Source: Takakia lepidozioides
Taxonomy: Eukaryota; Plantae; Bryophyta
DNA length: 64,000 nt
NCBI GenBank assembly: GCA_030704615.1
Contig: CM060731.1
Location: 95,542,001 to 95,606,000, forward strand
Reading direction: 5' to 3'
Part shown: positions 1 through 12,882 of the stretch, one piece after another
How positions within the stretch are numbered: position 1 is the first letter of the stretch
Layout of the letters: every line of letters begins with the position of its first letter
Translations under genes and position numbers: made by a program
Notes under the pieces: generated by a model
The model's input: only the letters and a program-made list of their open reading frames with translations
Database searches by the model: none
Told to the model about the DNA's origin: nothing

Positions 1-140
1 ATGCATAGAGTGGTTTTTAAAAAAAATCAATCCGGATATGAGCAATGGTATCTGAATGTCAATAACCTAGAAATATGAACTCGGATATGGTATTAAAAAA
101 TAATAAAATAAAAATGGTACTAGTATTCAAATTCAAATTC

Positions 141-187
141 AATATTGAAATGGCCATCTGAACTGTTCAAATGGCCATTTCAATATT
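141..187. repeat. Short near-perfect inverted repeat (hairpin)
   Basis: AATATTGAAATGGCCAT ... ATGGCCATTTCAATATT arms with an internal TGAAC/GTTCA pair. Confidence 0.7.
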
Positions 188-950
188 CAAGAAAACCACA
201 AGGGAAACCTGCTCATCTCATAGGATACCAACCCCCATACAATTATACACTGAATCAGAATTGCATCCCTCGCAAATGAAGATCAAAGTGTCATTGTTAT
301 AATCAAAACAGCTAGTATATGCCCCTCGCCCTAAATCTCTACTCTACATTAAAGTACCCTGCATCCATAATGTCTATATGTGCATATTAACATGATACCC
401 GAACAGACCTGCAACGATGAGTCGAGCTCTGGTAGGGGGCGGGGAAATGAGAACCCTAACTGTCGCCTGTTAGGGTTTGGGGGGCCGCCAGGAAACTCGA
501 GAACCTTCTGGTAGGGTACTACAAATGTTTACGGGAACAGAGAATAGTAGGTTAAGTTAGGAGAGACCCGGGTTGATGCCCGACGAAACCCAGATACCAT
601 ACCAACACTGGTCCAATCCTGATTACTGCCTACCTCATTGCACCGTGGGTCCGTCTCTTACACTTATGTATGAAGTCACCGTTCGATATAATACTTAGAT
701 CTCCGCCCGTGCGGGTGTGGTTGGTCTCTCTCATCTTGAGACCTCTTTCCATGTCGAGTCACAGTCTCATAGCCCGGGCTCTTCTCAACCACTTTCCGTG
801 TGACCCCACCCCTTCACGGCCTCTTTGATCTTTCCAACATGTCGGAAGCTCATCATTGATGTGACCTGCTGTAGCATGTGAGCAATGTTTATAGGGCCCA
901 CCCCGCCCCCCAAAGGCCCAAGTATGTGCCACCACCGGAAGAGGCGCTTT

Positions 951-1078
951 TTTAGGCTAACTCCCATAGAGCCCACGCCTGAAAAGGGGTAGTACCCGCA
1001 TGGGGAAGAGGTGCTTCTTTAGGCTAACTCCCATAGAGCCCACGCCTGAAAAGGGGCAGTACCCGCATGGGGAAGAGG
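951..1078. repeat. Tandem direct repeat, 2 copies, ~67 bp period
   Basis: TTTAGGCTAACTCCCATAGAGCCCACGCCTGAAAAGGGG.AGTACCCGCATGGGGAAGAGG at 951 and 1018. Confidence 0.85.
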
Positions 1079-1423
1079 CTCTTATTTACGCTAGCTTCGG
1101 CTGGCGTCACATACACATACACACACATATATATATACGTGAGATGTGCTTCCTTCAAGATGGTCATCCTTTGTTTCTCCTTTATATACGTGAGTGATGA
1201 CCGCACAAGCAATAGTGGAGCAGGAAAATTTTGCTTACAAAAGAATGGGCAGTACAGGTTCGACCAGGGTATGCTTACCTGCCCGAACAGGCCCTCTACT
1301 GCCCATACTTGGAGTTAAAAACACTTGAGTTGTGCAGAATCGGCATTGCTGGCCCATTTTGATTCGGCACCTGTCCTTAGCTGCATTCTGTAATTTAATC
1401 GACCTCTAAAATGGTAACCAACA

Positions 1424-1490
1424 GTTGGTAGCTCAGTTGGATAGTGCACTCAGTGCAACCCAGATAATTCTGGGTCAAATTTTGCTACCT
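1424..1490 (+). other. Degenerate tRNA-like / SINE-head-like sequence
   Basis: Box-A-like TAGCTCAGTTGGATAG and a weak box-B-like GGGTCAAATT. No convincing cloverleaf. Confidence 0.25.
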
Positions 1491-2197
1491 TGATGGCTGT
1501 GGTATGTTCTTTTCCCCTTCCCTTGGCCGGTGCAGCGTTTTTTTTATTGGCGAATTTTTGCCGACCTCAAAAATAAAATGGATTATTCTGTCACAAATTC
1601 CCTGTTTTTTCATGGATGAAATCGCCAAACTTCTCCAAATAAAAAGTAAACTATGGATGAGTTCGCCAAATATGGATGATATAAATGGATTAAAGTACAT
1701 TGGTGGATGATTCTATCCTAATTTCAGTGGATGAATAGAATGTACGGCTATTTTTGTAACGTAGTGGGCGAGTGGCCATTTCTCCCGCCCTCCCCGTTGG
1801 TGAGGTGAGGGGTGCTGATCAGTGCTGAGGCCAAGGCCAAGTGACTTGACCATGAGGAGGGTGGAGAAATAGCACCTCCCTTCATCACAAACATCACCCC
1901 AAACTTTCACTCAAGAGAGATCCAATAAATTACGAAGAAAAATAATGGCAAGTTGTTTACGAGGAGAGAGGTATGTTGGCTCGCTTTGTCCTAGTCTGCC
2001 ATCAACCCGCCATCACAGATTCACACTATACTGTTGTCGTGCACCTAAGCATCGTGCCACAACATACATCGCTGTCCACCATACATTCTAAGCACACAAT
2101 CCTAGAAAGCTATGCCACAATCGCCCCCCTAGCTGGTGATTAGGTCCCTCTAACACCGGATAGCTGACAAGTATCCATCTCAATAAGATCATCGCTT

Positions 2198-2454
2198 TGT
2201 CGCGCACCTCACTTCGGTAAGCTCCCTTTCAAGTCATAGTTACTCACTTTGATGTGTGCGCCTAACTCCCAACCTAGCCGTTGGGCCAACTCGGAGCTTC
2301 GGCTGCTCACCGGCACATAACGGTCCTCCTTTTCTCCCCCAACAAACCCTCCACCAATTTGGGCCTAGTGGAAATTCCCTTTGGTAGTTGGCAGTCCGGA
2401 ATAGCTCCCCACTTCTTGGTCGCTTTCCGGCTCGCTCGATACTCACTAGTTTTT
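2198..2454 (-). mobile_element. LTR-end fragment related to the chromovirus LTR at 33845-35440
   Basis: The reverse complement aligns with ~35184-35440, including the terminal ...GGTGCGCGACA. Confidence 0.8.
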
Positions 2455-3079
2455 AATCTTGGAAACTTCTCCAGCAAGAAACCTGCATAGGGGAAGCTTC
2501 TTGGGGAAGCTTCTTAATAGCCAGTATATATAGGAGGCAAGACTGGACACTCTTCAGTCTCGCCAACACCAGTTCAAGCTACTTTTGTTTCCAGTATCTG
2601 GTACTCCAGTCCATTTTCCAGCATTCCAGTATTCAAGTCGTGTTCCAATATCTTGTACTCTTGTTCATTGTTATAAAGATCGTCTTGATTCCTATTTACT
2701 CATCGTGCATTCGGCCACGCCGACCTTGACTTCTGTCTAGCATTGTACCTCTAGTTTTATCTCTTGTTTGTGTTCAGTCATGTTCTCGTCTTTGACAATA
2801 GCTGGAGAAGTGTGCTATGGCAGCACTGGGAGAGTCCTTGACTGACTACAAAATCACCATGACAACACCCAAAATCTCTCTTGAGCAATACATTCGGAGA
2901 TGGAAAGGTGCAATTTGAAACAACTGTTTCTTCAGGGAGTTTGAAAGAGACAAAGGCGTTTCCAGGTCGAATGAGTTCAAGAATCAGTACAATAGCGAGC
3001 AAGCTATGAAGCGAGTCTTGTACAATAATCTGGTTTGTTCAGTGCGATTTTTTGTGGTTGCATTTTTATTCCTCGAATC

Positions 3080-3599
3080 AATCTTACGTTGTTGCAAGGT
3101 TGGTTTGGGAACTGCCAATGTGAGGCTATTCTGATCGTCTGTCGTTCTTTTTTTAGTCACAATTTAACCTTGCGTCAACACAAGGTTGCTTCGGGCTGAT
3201 GGTTTGCACTTCACAAACATATCCATGTTTGTTGTATGCTACTTCTCCAGGCATGTCCCAACCTTGCGTTGACGCAAGGTTGGATGCAGGTCCAGCGGAA
3301 CAGTATTTTTTGATATTTCTTTGCACGTAGAAGTACATTTTTGGTTCGTTGTCTTCTTCTCCATTGTCTCTTCGTTTCAAATTCTGCTTCTCAATATTCA
3401 TTTTACAGACACTCATTTTAACCTTGCGTTAACGCAAGGTTGATTGAAGCTTGATTTTATTCATTTTACTTCAATGCTTTGTTCAGCCTTGCGTTGATGC
3501 AAGTTTGTTCATTGCTCATAATAGACAAATTTGTGTTTTCATTGTTGGTTTTGGCAATTCGTTGGGATGGCTCAAACAACCTTGCGTCAACGCAAGGTT
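3080..3599. repeat. Array of six 22-bp palindromes AACCTTGCGTYRACGCAAGGTT with non-repetitive spacers
   Basis: Copies at 3080 (degenerate), 3166, 3260, 3420 (perfect palindrome), 3485 and 3578. Confidence 0.85.
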
Positions 3600-3638
3600 G
3601 ATCGAGGTACTGTGTTTTTCCTGCTTCCTTTTTGTCTG

Positions 3639-4247
3639 ATGGACTATGGCCTTCATGAAATTGTTCTTTTGGGTGTGTTTTCCAGATATATATACCATGT
3701 CCTCATTCCCGACAAGTACCTCAGTGATGAGCCAGATTTCATTTTCATGTGGGCGGACCCCAATAAGGACAAGACAATGTACACTGTGGGAATTGCGAAG
3801 GACTGGGGCAGGGCGCACTTCAGAGACTGTGGCTGGTACCTGGACTTGCCTAAACAAGACACACCATTCGAGGAGGTGGTCATGCGCAACTTCAATGACA
3901 ATGCAGCAACTCTTGCACCACTTAGTGACAAGGAAATTTAGGAGAGAATAATTCAATCCCTCGCAGCAAAGGAGCCAGAGAAAAGTAGCACTCCCAAACG
4001 CAAAGGGAAGGGCGCAGGTGATGGGAAGGGGGAGGGGAAGATTGTGGCTGGGCAGGAACAGGCTGTACAGGACACCACAGAGCGTCAGCCCTCTCCAACT
4101 CGCAAGGACAGGAGAACTCCGAAAACTAAAGAACAGCCTTACGAGGCCAGAGAGCACCCTTATCGGGTTTTGGGTCAGTATGAAAGTGAGGTGATTAACG
4201 AGAGCTTCTTGGCAATGATGGAATCCAGAAAATCCACATTCAAATGA
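3639..4247 (+). pseudogene. Disrupted ORF of unknown function, probably TE-borne
   Basis: MDYGLHEIVLLGVF...DCGWYLDLP...LSDKEI, then a stop, then protein-like K/E/R-rich sequence. Lies directly after the palindrome array. Confidence 0.35.
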
Positions 4248-4436
4248 GAGAAATCGAAGACTTGGGACATCTTGGTTTCTTTCCTCACAAAGGAGCCCAC
4301 ACAAAACTTTGTCTGGTGTGTTTTTCACTTTGTTCAAGATTGTGTTATGCTCCTAACTAGTCTACTGTTTTTGTTATGTGAAACAGGTCACCAAAAGACC
4401 TGAATGGGTGAATGGAAGCTAGCAAGCGTACGTAAC

Positions 4437-5885
4437 TGTTAGAGGACTGTCGGGGACTTAGACACTTATACGGGATCTGTAGGGTACCCTTAATTTTTGC
4501 ACAGACTGAGACCAACAGGAGCCTTAGGGGTGACAGCAGCGCACTGTAGAGGGGGGTTTCACAGTCGTACACAGCCAACACAGCCGTCACAGTCGTCACA
4601 GCCAACACAGCCAACACAGCCCGTCATAGTCGTCACAGCAGACACAGCCGACACAGCCGACACAGCCCGGCACAGCCACACAGCCAGTCACAGCTTGACA
4701 CAGCTGTCACGATCATAGGGAACAAAGAGTAGGACAGGGAATGACTGTGGGGAACAACACCTGCGAAGGGGACATGTTAGTTCACAGACGACGGTTAGTG
4801 AGGGAAACGGTTAGAACCGCGGATAGGAAGATAAAGGGAGAAACGGGGAATTGAGGGAGATCATTCGGAGGAAGACTTCTTGGTGATAGAGGAGAGGGGA
4901 TCGGGCAGAGATGAAGAACGGAAGTGAAGATAGAGAGATGATGAATAGATGCTTGATATATGCAAGGCTGTAATGATATTGTAGAGGAGATTAGAGACAC
5001 AATGGCTTCGGCCTGATACCTGATAAATCATAATCGGATACTTTTACGATACAAACACACTGTGTAGAGAGATCTGAGTGAAGCTGTGGAATGAATGGAT
5101 GAGTTGATGGAATCCAATAGATTGATAAAGCAAACTGATACTTAATTATCAATGGTAAGATAGTTAACATGAATACCAAAAGGGAAACAAATAGGAAACA
5201 CCCCCATGATACACTAGCTGTAGGTCATGACTAATTGTTCTGCGCGGGCTGAGTACTTAGAGATTTCCAACTTCAATCTTGGAGTTTCCGCCTCGAATAG
5301 CGAAGGGATGGTGAGTAAAAGCCGCGCGACATTTGGCGACCATACTGGGGACCTGAGACATGAACAACCAGATGTGACAGGCATCTGGTGGGATCATGGT
5401 GGTTGGACCATTAAAGAATTTGAAGTGAATCAAATTCCCTGTGGAACGAAGGAAGAAAGATTGTCCAAACAATTCTTTCAAAGGTTCTTGGAATTGCCAG
5501 ACGGTTGTAAAGAAAATATTCTTAAACGAGTGCATGATGCTGATCCAGAATGGGGTCTAGAGAAAGGAGTGATAAAGATTTATCAGGTAGCCTGTAGAGG
5601 AAGAGCACGTTGGTTACCAACATTGGTTTATGTGATAGCATTGCTATCCATTAAACGAGTAGAGTTTGAAGGCTGGGAAGAAAGAAAGGTGAATGTTTAT
5701 ACTCATATGCATGAAGAGCTGGTACTGGTAAAGAATTGGATTCCAAAGGATATTTTGTGGATCAAACTCACACCAAGAACAGCTTTTCAGACTTGTTTGC
5801 CATATGGTTATATGGTAACGGAGACTTCAAGTATAGCCAAGGGTGCATTGAAGCTTGAAAGAAACCCAGGCATATATGAGAGATT
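4437..5885 (+). mobile_element. Family A Gypsy partial copy: 5' LTR (4437-5331), PBS (5334-5351) and start of the internal region
   Basis: TGTTAGAGG...GCCGCGCGACA is the reverse complement of the LTRs at 12883 and 25182. It is followed by TGGCGACCATACTGGGGA and an ORF nearly identical to 24594-25289. Confidence 0.9.
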
Positions 5886-6800
5886 CTGAGGTACATCCTT
5901 GGATAAAAGACTCCTCAATCTCTGCTTCATGTCCTCGCCTGAACTCGTGGTAATCGTCCATAGGCGGGCCTTCCAAATGCTGGAACAGTCCCTTCCACGC
6001 CATGAATGGGGTGAATAGCTGTGGATTGCGCATCTGCTGCAAATCACACCAGCTGTCGAACTCCTAGATAAAGTCATCCAACTCAATTGTGCCCACAGCT
6101 CCAGAGTACCTACGAGGCCCCTTGATAGCTCCATACATCTCCTCCATGTCGTCCCACAACAATGGCGAATGAAAGTGCACACTTGTTGCTGAAGCCTCCG
6201 AGTCTGTGTCTGACTCTACAGTAATTGAGGGTGGCGGTGAAGGTGGTCTGAACCGAATACCTCATCTTGTGAACCCACTCTCACTGTTACTGCCTGTAGC
6301 CGTACTCCCCTCAAAACCCTTGGGTAACTCCGTAATGACACTCACAATGTGCACCTCCTCCACGTGACACTATAAGGCTCTAGTACTAATCTAATAGTGA
6401 CACGGGTGGGCACCTGTTGCAGTTTAAGGGTCATATCCCAATGGCTCAGGGCACCTGCACCTGCATCCACTGCAAGAACTCCTATGGTTGGCTGGTCATC
6501 AACCCAGCCTCACCATAGAAGAAACACTGGTGGTCTTGCTGGTCATCACTCCAGCCTCACCACCGACAACATACTCTAGGATTGACCGGTGATCAAATCC
6601 GGCCTAATCCCTATGAAAGCAAGCGCCCACACAAAACCAACATGGCGCACAGTCAAGCATGCAAGTGTTGGGGGGGGATCCAAACACAAGAAATCAAAAC
6701 ATCAACACCCCCACACCAAAATCCAGCTGCAATGCTGATCCTGCAAAATATCCCAGCCAAAACCCCGGACTGACTGGCCTCCACCAAGAGAGGCTTTGGC
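5886..6800 (-). mobile_element. Fragment of a family-B-related Gypsy element (gag start and LTR end)
   Basis: Encodes QQMRNPQLFTPFMAWKGLFQHLEGPPMDDYHEFRRGH, matching gag at ~49230-49345. Region 6415-6800 matches ~48490-48864. Confidence 0.85.
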
Positions 6801-6999
6801 AACTACAAGTACAAGGTAATGAAAATAGTACAGAGATGGAGGGGAAGAATAGAAGCCCGACCAAGCAAGATCTAATCCTGATCTATGCTATCAACTGCCA
6901 GACTTCTCTCAAAGTGCCTCGCTCTGCATGATGGTAAGGTGTAGGGGGTATATCAATGTCCAGAAACCTGCCACTAACCTTGTCCCAAGCTACAGTAGC

Positions 7000-7632
7000 T
7001 CACTCTAACCAACCCTCCTCCTCTTTCTGCCAGGTAGAGAGAAAGCAACACTCTGCTATCTCCCGCTCACTGAACACTAAAGAAAACAATGGTAGGGTCT
7101 GATAGTCTCTCAACTCGAAAGCTTTGAGACGGTTGCGGGTGTCCTCATTGCGAATGACTGCATCTCCTTCAAACAGAACAAACTTGTCCTCGCTAATGAA
7201 CCCCCGCTCGTGGTTGCCTTGTGCAGAGTGTGTCCGGCTGCAACGCTGTCTGATTGCACAAACTTGTGTAGCTCCTGCTCCTCTACTCCAATACACCACG
7301 GCCTTGTGGCTGAACACCTTGGTCCCCGGGGCTGTCTTTGGCTGTGTTCCAAGCCTAGCTTCCACCCACTTTGGGATTTCACCTACAGCTGCAGAACTGC
7401 TGGCTCCAACAGAGTTCTGACTATCCAAAGCAATATTGAGGCCCTCAACGCCAACTACAGCAGTTTGTTGTCTACTGCTAATGCCTGACTCCCAGTATGC
7501 AATCAACTTGTCCAACTGCTCTCCACTCAAATCAGTCTGAGTTCCTTCAGAAACATAAATCTTGTCCCCTTGTGTGCACAGGCTAAGAGAAGAGACCTGC
7601 CCTTCAATTACGTCCTCATTTCCTCCAGCCAT
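7000..7632 (-). CDS. Uninterrupted 210-aa ORF of unknown function
   Basis: ATG start and protein-like composition. No recognisable motif. Confidence 0.35.
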   Translation of the reverse strand: MAGGNEDVIEGQVSSLSLCTQGDKIYVSEGTQTDLSGEQLDKLIAYWESGISSRQQTAVVGVEGLNIALDSQNSVGASSSAAVGEIPKWVEARLGTQPKTAPGTKVFSHKAVVYWSRGAGATQVCAIRQRCSRTHSAQGNHERGFISEDKFVLFEGDAVIRNEDTRNRLKAFELRDYQTLPLFSLVFSEREIAECCFLSTWQKEEEGWLE

Positions 7633-8152
7633 ACAAGGAGGACATCCACAGATTTGTCTCTCATATAGACCAGAACAGGTTCTAGAAACAGAATTGTGGA
7701 TCTTTCATAGCACCCTCACACTCAAAAAAATTCCATAGATTTGTAGCAGAGTCCAAAAACCTTAAATCAGGTCTAGATAGGTAGATTTCCCCTTTCTGCA
7801 GCCATCTCCACAAAAACTGAGTCAAACAGAGTTCATTTGACAAAGTTATGACCAATTAGGCTCTAAATCATTTAAATTAGATCAAAATGGCTTTTTCTTT
7901 TTTTTTTATTTTTTTAACACCAAAACTTTCTCGCCATTAAAAACTGCTCCCTTCTCCATTGCTTTTCTGTAGTGCACAGGTGCTGGCATGTTTTTTTTTT
8001 TTTTTTGAGGTCTTCACGGAGCCAACTCACCTGTATGGCGAATACCTGTGACAGCCCACCTCGGCCTTTTTCCATCAGTTTCTAAGCTATCCTTCTACAC
8101 TCATCAACGTCTTTTGTCTTCTTTGCTTCGCTTCCTGGTTGTAGCTGTTTCG

Positions 8153-8584
8153 ATGGCGTTTGTAGCAGGTTACTTGAAGGCTTTGAAAACTGGTTTGGCG
8201 GTAGACGCCATCTCCAACAGAGAGGCATCGTCAGCAAAGGCTTCGTCGAGCCGAGCTCCAGTAGATGCAGTTCACTTGACGGAGGGCTTACTTGGGAGAG
8301 CCAACTTCATCACCTCCACAGGAAGTCGTCTTTCTCGCTCTCCTTTTGTAGAGCCGTCACTGACGGGAACCTCTGTCTGTTTTTCTAAACCTGCCAGGCA
8401 CAGTCTAAACCTTCCTGTGCGATTGCCAAGGCTTTTGCCGTGGGAGAAGACCCGGACTGGAATGACGATGACTATATTGTGTTAGGCTTGGCTCACTGCT
8501 TTCAAAAAGATGATGATGGAAAGCTCAAGGACGCATTGATTGTGGAGCCCGTTACTGCTGGGACCCTTGAGTGTATGGAGAATG
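8153..8584 (+). pseudogene. Truncated, frameshifted gene for a plastid-targeted protein of cyanobacterial type
   Basis: Ser/Ala/Arg-rich transit-peptide-like N-terminus, then DDYIVLGLAHCFQKDDDGKLKDALIVEPVTAGTLECMEN. This resembles a conserved cyanobacterial/algal hypothetical protein (recalled, not searched). Confidence 0.55.
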
Positions 8585-8649
8585 TGGGTAGAGCCCCCAA
8601 TGGCCGCATTCAACCGGCTCTTCACCTCAGCTACAAGCCAGCTGCCCCC

Positions 8650-11600
8650 TAAGCCAGGTTGGCACCAATTACAGACTAGGTTGCACACAAAAACATCGGA
8701 GGAGTGAACTTCGTTCCTTTACTCAACTGAGCATCACCAGTCGCAATCCATAGCAACAGCCCTTTCATAAGGAATAGAGACACAAGTCTCCAAAGAGCAC
8801 ATGAAACCACATGCAGGTGAAGGTGATCTGCCTACAATTTGCTTGTCACAGCTTTGCTGCAACAGACACAGCATACCCATTAGACGGAGCAGAAATGGTC
8901 CTGTGCATTTCAGAGCTTTCCTGGAGAACTCGTCTGACCATCCTTCTGCTACAATTGTGCATGTTGTTTGTACTAGATTGTCGCAGAAGCTACCTGCAAG
9001 TGAACAGAGTGGCATTTAGCATTTGCAACTGACCCCTACAACGTCGCAAGCATCTGGTCCAGAAAGTTGTTGTATTCGATAAAGCCACGTTGCTAATGTG
9101 AACTGCCTCCACAGCTGAGCCTCTGCTGCCGTCTCAATGTCATCCCCTCCACGTCGCTTCCTCTGCTTCATTCAGTCTGGCTACGCCATTCTCTTCCCTG
9201 CAACAAAATCTTCTGCATCGTCCCCATCTCCTCACCGCGGAAGGATGTGGCAGACAAGAACTTTCCTGTCGCCACTGCTTAGGGCTGCTCCACGGACCTC
9301 AAAGCAGATTGATCAAGATTTCCCACACAAGTACAACCTGACGCAGGCCCTTCTGAAGACGTCGCAGCAAACTACAAACTGATTCGCTCACAGCCTCAAA
9401 AACACGGCAGTGGCTGTCAACTCCAAGATTGAGTCCCTAGCATAGCTTGAATGAGATGCGTCCCTTTGATCTTCTCTCGCAATGCTGTCGCCCATTTCAG
9501 TGGATTCTTTGACCTCGAAGCTGTTCGTACCAACAATTCCTCCCTATCCGGCCCAAAGCCCCATTGTTTCCCGCTCAGGAATTTGTAGTACATGGCTTGC
9601 TGCATGATTGCTCGGTTGATGTCCTCCGTTGTGGCCGTCACTACGTCCACCAGATGTGCGGTAGAAGACGCTCGCCAGGAGGAGTGGACTGATTTTGCCA
9701 TATTCGTGTTCGGCATGTCCGTGTCGGAATCCAAGCACCGCTCCTACAAGGACACAAACAATGGTGAGGGACCAATGGAAAGGTCCGTAATAGAAAGACA
9801 ATTGCACAAAAATGACAGCATCATACCTCTCGCATGTACTGTCCGAACTGTCGATAACGGAAATGCCACCACCCCAACTAGCTGTGCAAGGCTCCCAGAT
9901 TGGTTGTCTCCACTGCACCTGACGTGTTCCACCAAGCCTCGATGATAGCAAACTTAACCTCCACGTCATCAAATGTGGGTGCATCCTTCCACGCCGTACA
10001 AAGGACACGGTGTTCAGCCTGGAATGAGCTAGCAACAAATTTGGTAGTGTAGTGAGATAGACTCTGCATCCAATGGAATCCACATGATCTCTCTTTCCCC
10101 TCCATTGGAACATTGGGGTCCTCATTGTACACACGCCGCACCGCTGCCCATTGGCCTGAGCATTGTCTGCCATGAATCCCCTGAAATTGGGCTCTGCCAA
10201 TCCCGCCCTTGCCATCTGCTTGTTTATGCCCTCCCACAAATGCATCTCCGACTGTGTGTCCTCCCCTTTCATCTTGCAGATTGCAATCGTCATGAGCCTC
10301 TTGGAGTGATAGTCATAAACATGCGCACCCATAGTCACCCACTGATGGTTTGTAATTCGCTTGATGTGATCAAACATCACCCAAGCATTCGACAAGTTTC
10401 CAGTTGTCATGCGAGTGACCAAGTCGACTCCACTCCCAGGCCCACACGTTGACATTTTAAAAATGTAACAACGATCGGATTCGCTGCCTTGCCCTGGAAA
10501 CCTGCTACCTTGGATGTAGTCATATCCAGTCATTCGTTTCACCTCCAGGATTGAGTGCATGTCTGCCGGCCAAACTCCTGCTTGCAAGATACGATGTGAT
10601 TCCGCACATTCGGACTACAAACGTGCGAGACGGACTCCAACAGGTCAAGCATCTCCTCTTTGTTCAAGGGCACTCGGTCTGAACCATCTTCAGACATGAT
10701 TTTGCCAAGAGCAATCTCGTGGGCTGCCTTCAGCTGAATCTGCTTTGGTCTGGCTCCGGGGCTCAATTTCACCTCCTCTTTTATGATGTCATGTGCTTCC
10801 TGCACAGCTTCTCGCCAAGGGGTGGCAGTGGACCCCAACGTGTATGCAAGCTCTAGTCAAGTCCGGGAGCAAATGGATAACGTAATATTGCTTGGCTCTG
10901 CACATGGACATGCACGTCGGTGGTTCTTTGCAATGTGCGCACTTGAAAGTACCCGCAGTAGCTTGGCTGGAGACAATGAATGGATGATGCGTGTGCCAGT
11001 CCAATCCGTCTCGTTTCTCCGCCCTCCTTTGGAGAGAAAGTGGAAGCAGGCGGGATTGAGGCACCTCAGCTTCCCCGCACAGAGGACGTATCGTACACAA
11101 ACACCATCAGCAATTTTCGTGCTACTGGTCTTCGTCACACACCAGGGGTGTTCGTCATGCTTTCGATCCATGTCTGTTAACATCCCTGAGGCTTTGTTTG
11201 AGGAAGTAGCAAGTGGAAACTCGAAGATGACATTGCCATCGACTTCGGGAGGCAGATACGTTACCTTCATGACTAGAAATTTGGCATAGTCGAGAGCAGC
11301 CAGCTCGGAGCGAGAACCATCGAGGTGATGTTGCCGTAGGAGCTGCACAATGGACCGGGTTGGAGAGTTATGCTCGAGGGTACATGCGTAGCACCTGCAG
11401 AGACGTCCATGTCGATTTGAACGACCGTGTGGAGGACATGGGGACCTCAATGCACTCATCTTCCTCGTTGGAAATGTCGAATACGTCCACACGAGAAGCT
11501 ATGGAGGGTCTTGACGGTCCAGGTCGGGAATGATTATCGTTGCATACCTCTCTATTGGCAGTGGCCGCCTGTCGGTTTTCGGACTCCTTTGTGGATGGTG

Positions 11601-11902
11601 TGGGCAGCGACTGATTCGGGAAAGGGAATGGGCATTCCCACAGCTCGGTACAGGATGGTGTCTGATGGGGGTACGTGCCATTCGATTCCACAACCTCCGT
11701 CGTTACCTAGCACGACAATGGTCTCGTCAACCTGTCCAGGAACATCCTTGCTTTCTTCTTCCAAATAAATTGTGCCCGGTTTGAGCTTGAATTTGGAACA
11801 AAGGTAAGTTTCAGTCACTCTGCAAAGTCCTCCCTCGTTTGGGATCCAGTCTCTCCCAAGTTGCGGAGGACAGCAAACTATAGCGTAGGAATTTGGAGCC
11901 AT
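8650..11902 (-). pseudogene. Mutator-like (MULE) DDE transposase with an N-terminal GCM/WRKY-type zinc domain, frameshifted
   Basis: Zinc motifs CAGKLRCLNPAC, CAHC..C..C and HVGVHCHP. Core motifs WVMFDH, GFMADNAQ and the CxxH motif CGFHW. TNMAKSVH lies at the expected third acidic residue (E>K). The 3' limit is approximate. Confidence 0.8.
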
Positions 11903-12288
11903 CGAAGACCGCACCAAGTTGGCAAGTGCGAGGTTCAGTATAGCGACATACTAAGGCTCACAGGCACCATGTAAGTGGATCTGCGGAGTCCATCGACGAT
12001 TGGAAGTCGCACATTGAAGTGGAAAGTATTGTTTCAACCTACATGCATGAAGATGGGAGGTGTGATTCCATAGCCAGTAAGTATGACAATGACGGCCGAT
12101 TCGGCGACGACATAACATCTCCTGACAGTTTCTCCTCAGGGTGGATCCAGCAGTATTCTCGGTGCAGACATGAACGTTCGCACTAACAAGTGTCAGGACC
12201 GTTAGTTAAAACGGTCAGACAACCAAGTTGTGCTCATTAAGACAGGCCGCAATTGTGTTGTTTCGGAACAATGCAAACCATTGAGGTT

Positions 12289-12882
12289 CCGCATGCGGAA
12301 ATGAGGTTCCGCATTTCCGTCCGGAGTGATACTTTCGATTGCTGTTGGACGGAAATACGGCGCCGCATTTCCGTTTTGCATCTTACTCATGCACCAGTGC
12401 GACGGAAATGCGGCACCGAGTTTCCGTCCGGGGGAAACCTTTATACTCTCCAGGACGGAAATGCGGTGCTGCATTTCCCTCCAACAAGTACGGTATGTGA
12501 AGGTGGAACGGAAATTCGGTACCGCATTTCCGTTCTGATTGAGAATTATGAACAACGGGAACTGAAATGCGGCACCGCATTTCCGTCCGAGTCGCACCTT
12601 CCGACATACCAGAATGGGAATGCGGCGCCGCATTCCCGTTTTGTATCTGAGGCAGGGAGAGGAGGGACGGAAATGCTGCACCGCATTTCCGTCCGTTTGA
12701 GACCTTCATACTCTCCAAAACGGAAATGCGGTATCGCATTTCCGTTCTGACTGAAAATCGTGAACCATCGGAACTGAAATGTGGCACCGCATTTCCGTCC
12801 GAGTGGCACTTTCCAACATTCCAGAACGGAAATGCGGCGCCGCATTTCCGTTTTGTATCTGAGGCATGGAGCGGAGGGACGG
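12289..12882. repeat. Palindrome array GGAAATGCGGYRCCGCATTTCC, 53-bp period (left half, split by family A)
   Basis: AAATG-equivalent positions 12353, 12406, 12459, 12512, 12565, 12618, 12671, 12724, 12777 and 12830. Spacers recur in a 4-unit higher-order pattern. Confidence 0.95.

Noticed and set aside
452-478. Telomere-like hairpin AACCCTAAC...GTTAGGGTT
   Set aside because: It has single short arms only, too little to support a call.
1424-1490. Functional tRNA gene
   Set aside because: The acceptor and T stems do not pair and box B is degenerate.
3080-3599. CRISPR array
   Set aside because: Spacer lengths are very irregular and there is no leader or cas gene.
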